Shown in pieces: positions 31,894-33,415 of a stretch of 33,415 bases of DNA; the first letter of the stretch is position 1, and the number at the start of each line of letters is the position of its first letter. The DNA lies in the NCBI GenBank assembly GCA_013115145.1, contig JAAPAO010000394.1, forward strand, positions 1 to 33,415, given 5' to 3'. The DNA comes from Perkinsus chesapeaki ATCC PRA-425. Taxonomy: Eukaryota > Protista > Perkinsozoa. The notes below the pieces were generated by a model, which saw only the letters and a list, made by a program, of their open reading frames with translations, was not told where the DNA came from and ran no database searches. The position numbers and the translations under genes are program-made.

Positions 31894-33415
31894 CTCTATC
31901 AACAGGCTTGTAGCAATGCCCTCTTTGAAGAGCATGTATCTACTTTCGACTCATTTTTCATTATACGGAAGGATCATGTCAACGATTTTTCCTTATACAT
32001 ACATTCGAAAATTTTTTTAGAAGAAAAACCGCCGTGTATACTGAAAACATGTCTCATTCAGTTCTTACGGAGACAGCGTAGTTATTGCGGAGACGGGCGA
32101 AATCACTCTGCAATTTGTTCTTTTCGAGCACCCACGCCTTGCTGGCCGGGGAAAACGGCCGCCCCTAGGATCCGTTAACCTTCCAGATATTGGGCTTAGA
32201 CGAAGCGATCCGGTCAACGGATGGTTGTTATGCTGACTTGAACAGTAGCTTCAGTATCATGTAAACGAGTCAGCCTCATCAGACTTTGGTTCAAGTTCCT
32301 TCCGAAGGACAAGGGTATGCCCGACCCCTCACTTGTCGAACCATCACAAAGGAAGCTGTTGGCTCCCGGGTGAAGGAACTGGGGATCGCGACGCTGGCTT
32401 GAACCATACCCGACCCCCTTGCGGTGTCACCTGCCGCCTCCTACTGTCTGTTGAGGGGGCACATTTTCCTCCGTAAAAGCCTCGTACTATTGAGGAGCAT
32501 CCTCACTTAGTACGAAGAATACTGAGTGATAACCAATAAACGCTGCTAATACTCCGTGCCCATACCTCGTCTATACTGAGAGCTCATCTTTGAGGTGTGA
32601 CGAGCACGGTTCCTATAAAATGTTCTTACGTAGGAGTTTAAGTGTGAATCTGGGAAGCCACTCGTCCAGTATTAAGTTGTAGAATACTCTCGTTCCGATC
32701 TGTATGTACTGGTGCTGTTGACTTCACGCTGTTGTGTCCAGTCGGACGGAAGTTTGTACCCTCCGGAAGGGTTAGGTATGTCGAATCCCTCGGCATTCGC
32801 GGATCATCAGTTTATATCGCTCACACAATGAAGCTGTTACACTATCGGTGAAATGCAAGCATTGAGGAGTTCTTCCTCGTAGTGATAAGGAGAACGGGAC
32901 TCAAGCCCAACTTCCTCCACTGGGCGCTAGCAGTGCTTAGGCAGCAGCTTCAGCTATACAGCATCTCTAATTGATCCCTGGTAGTCGATCCCGTGGGGAT
33001 CAGTAATCAAAGCGGGATCGACTATCAGAGCGAGCCGGGAGGTGAGTATACGGTACACTGTATACGTGAGACTCAGTTGAATAGCATGCACAGGTCTTCG
33101 TCGTAAGTTATCGATTTCCCGCCTTGGTTTTCTGCCAAGCGACCGCGGAGCACTGCTGTCTGAGTGCATTCATGCGACTCGTGCTACATGAGTCACTGAG
33201 TCCGAGTCAATCTGTTCATTCTTGTAGTCCACAACGGTGTATTCTGACTTATTACTCTGATGCTCTTCGACTTTCAACTCATACTAACAGTTTGTCAACA
33301 GCACGAATGACTGCGGTGAAACAAACGGGTGGAAGTCGAGAAATACTGATAAGCGGATTGAGCTTGCGAATGTAGCGGCTGTGAAATCTCCAGAGATTAA
33401 GGGAGTACCGCACGC

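Noticed and set aside
1-33415. Spliced-leader RNA gene (CCGTAGCCATYTTGGCTCAAG-type)
   Set aside because: No match was found by eye. A short ACCGTA at about 745 is too small to mean anything.
32000-33415. Retroelement or gene relic at the window end
   Set aside because: Only short protein-like patches appear in shifting frames, with no RT, integrase, transposase or terminal repeats recognised.

Overview
This is eukaryotic genomic DNA with compact, intron-rich genes (mostly 43-66 nt GT-AG introns, about 120 nt spacers). The style suggests an alveolate such as Perkinsus, but that is inference only. The supplied ORF track uses TTG/GTG starts and ignores introns, so many of its ORFs are single exons or antisense shadows. 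The window opens inside a 298-bp tandem repeat. Each unit holds an intact tRNA-Arg(TCT) with a hairpin trailer, plus 5'-half relics of tRNA-Arg and tRNA-Ala(CGC). A minus-strand cluster follows: proteasome RPN2, a 2OG-Fe(II) dioxygenase and a hypothetical protein. One RPN2 intron is almost filled by a tRNA-like A-box/B-box element, and a second tRNA relic lies in the divergent junction. Next come a BET-like AT-hook/bromodomain/ET protein lacking the acetyl-lysine-binding residues, a basic protein, a solo tRNA-Arg, an ABC1/ADCK kinase, an IPNS-family dioxygenase, an ankyrin protein and several hypothetical genes. Near the end are two diverged paralogs with an N-terminal signal-like leader and a C-terminal NLS-like basic tract. 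No CRISPR array or recognisable transposase was seen.
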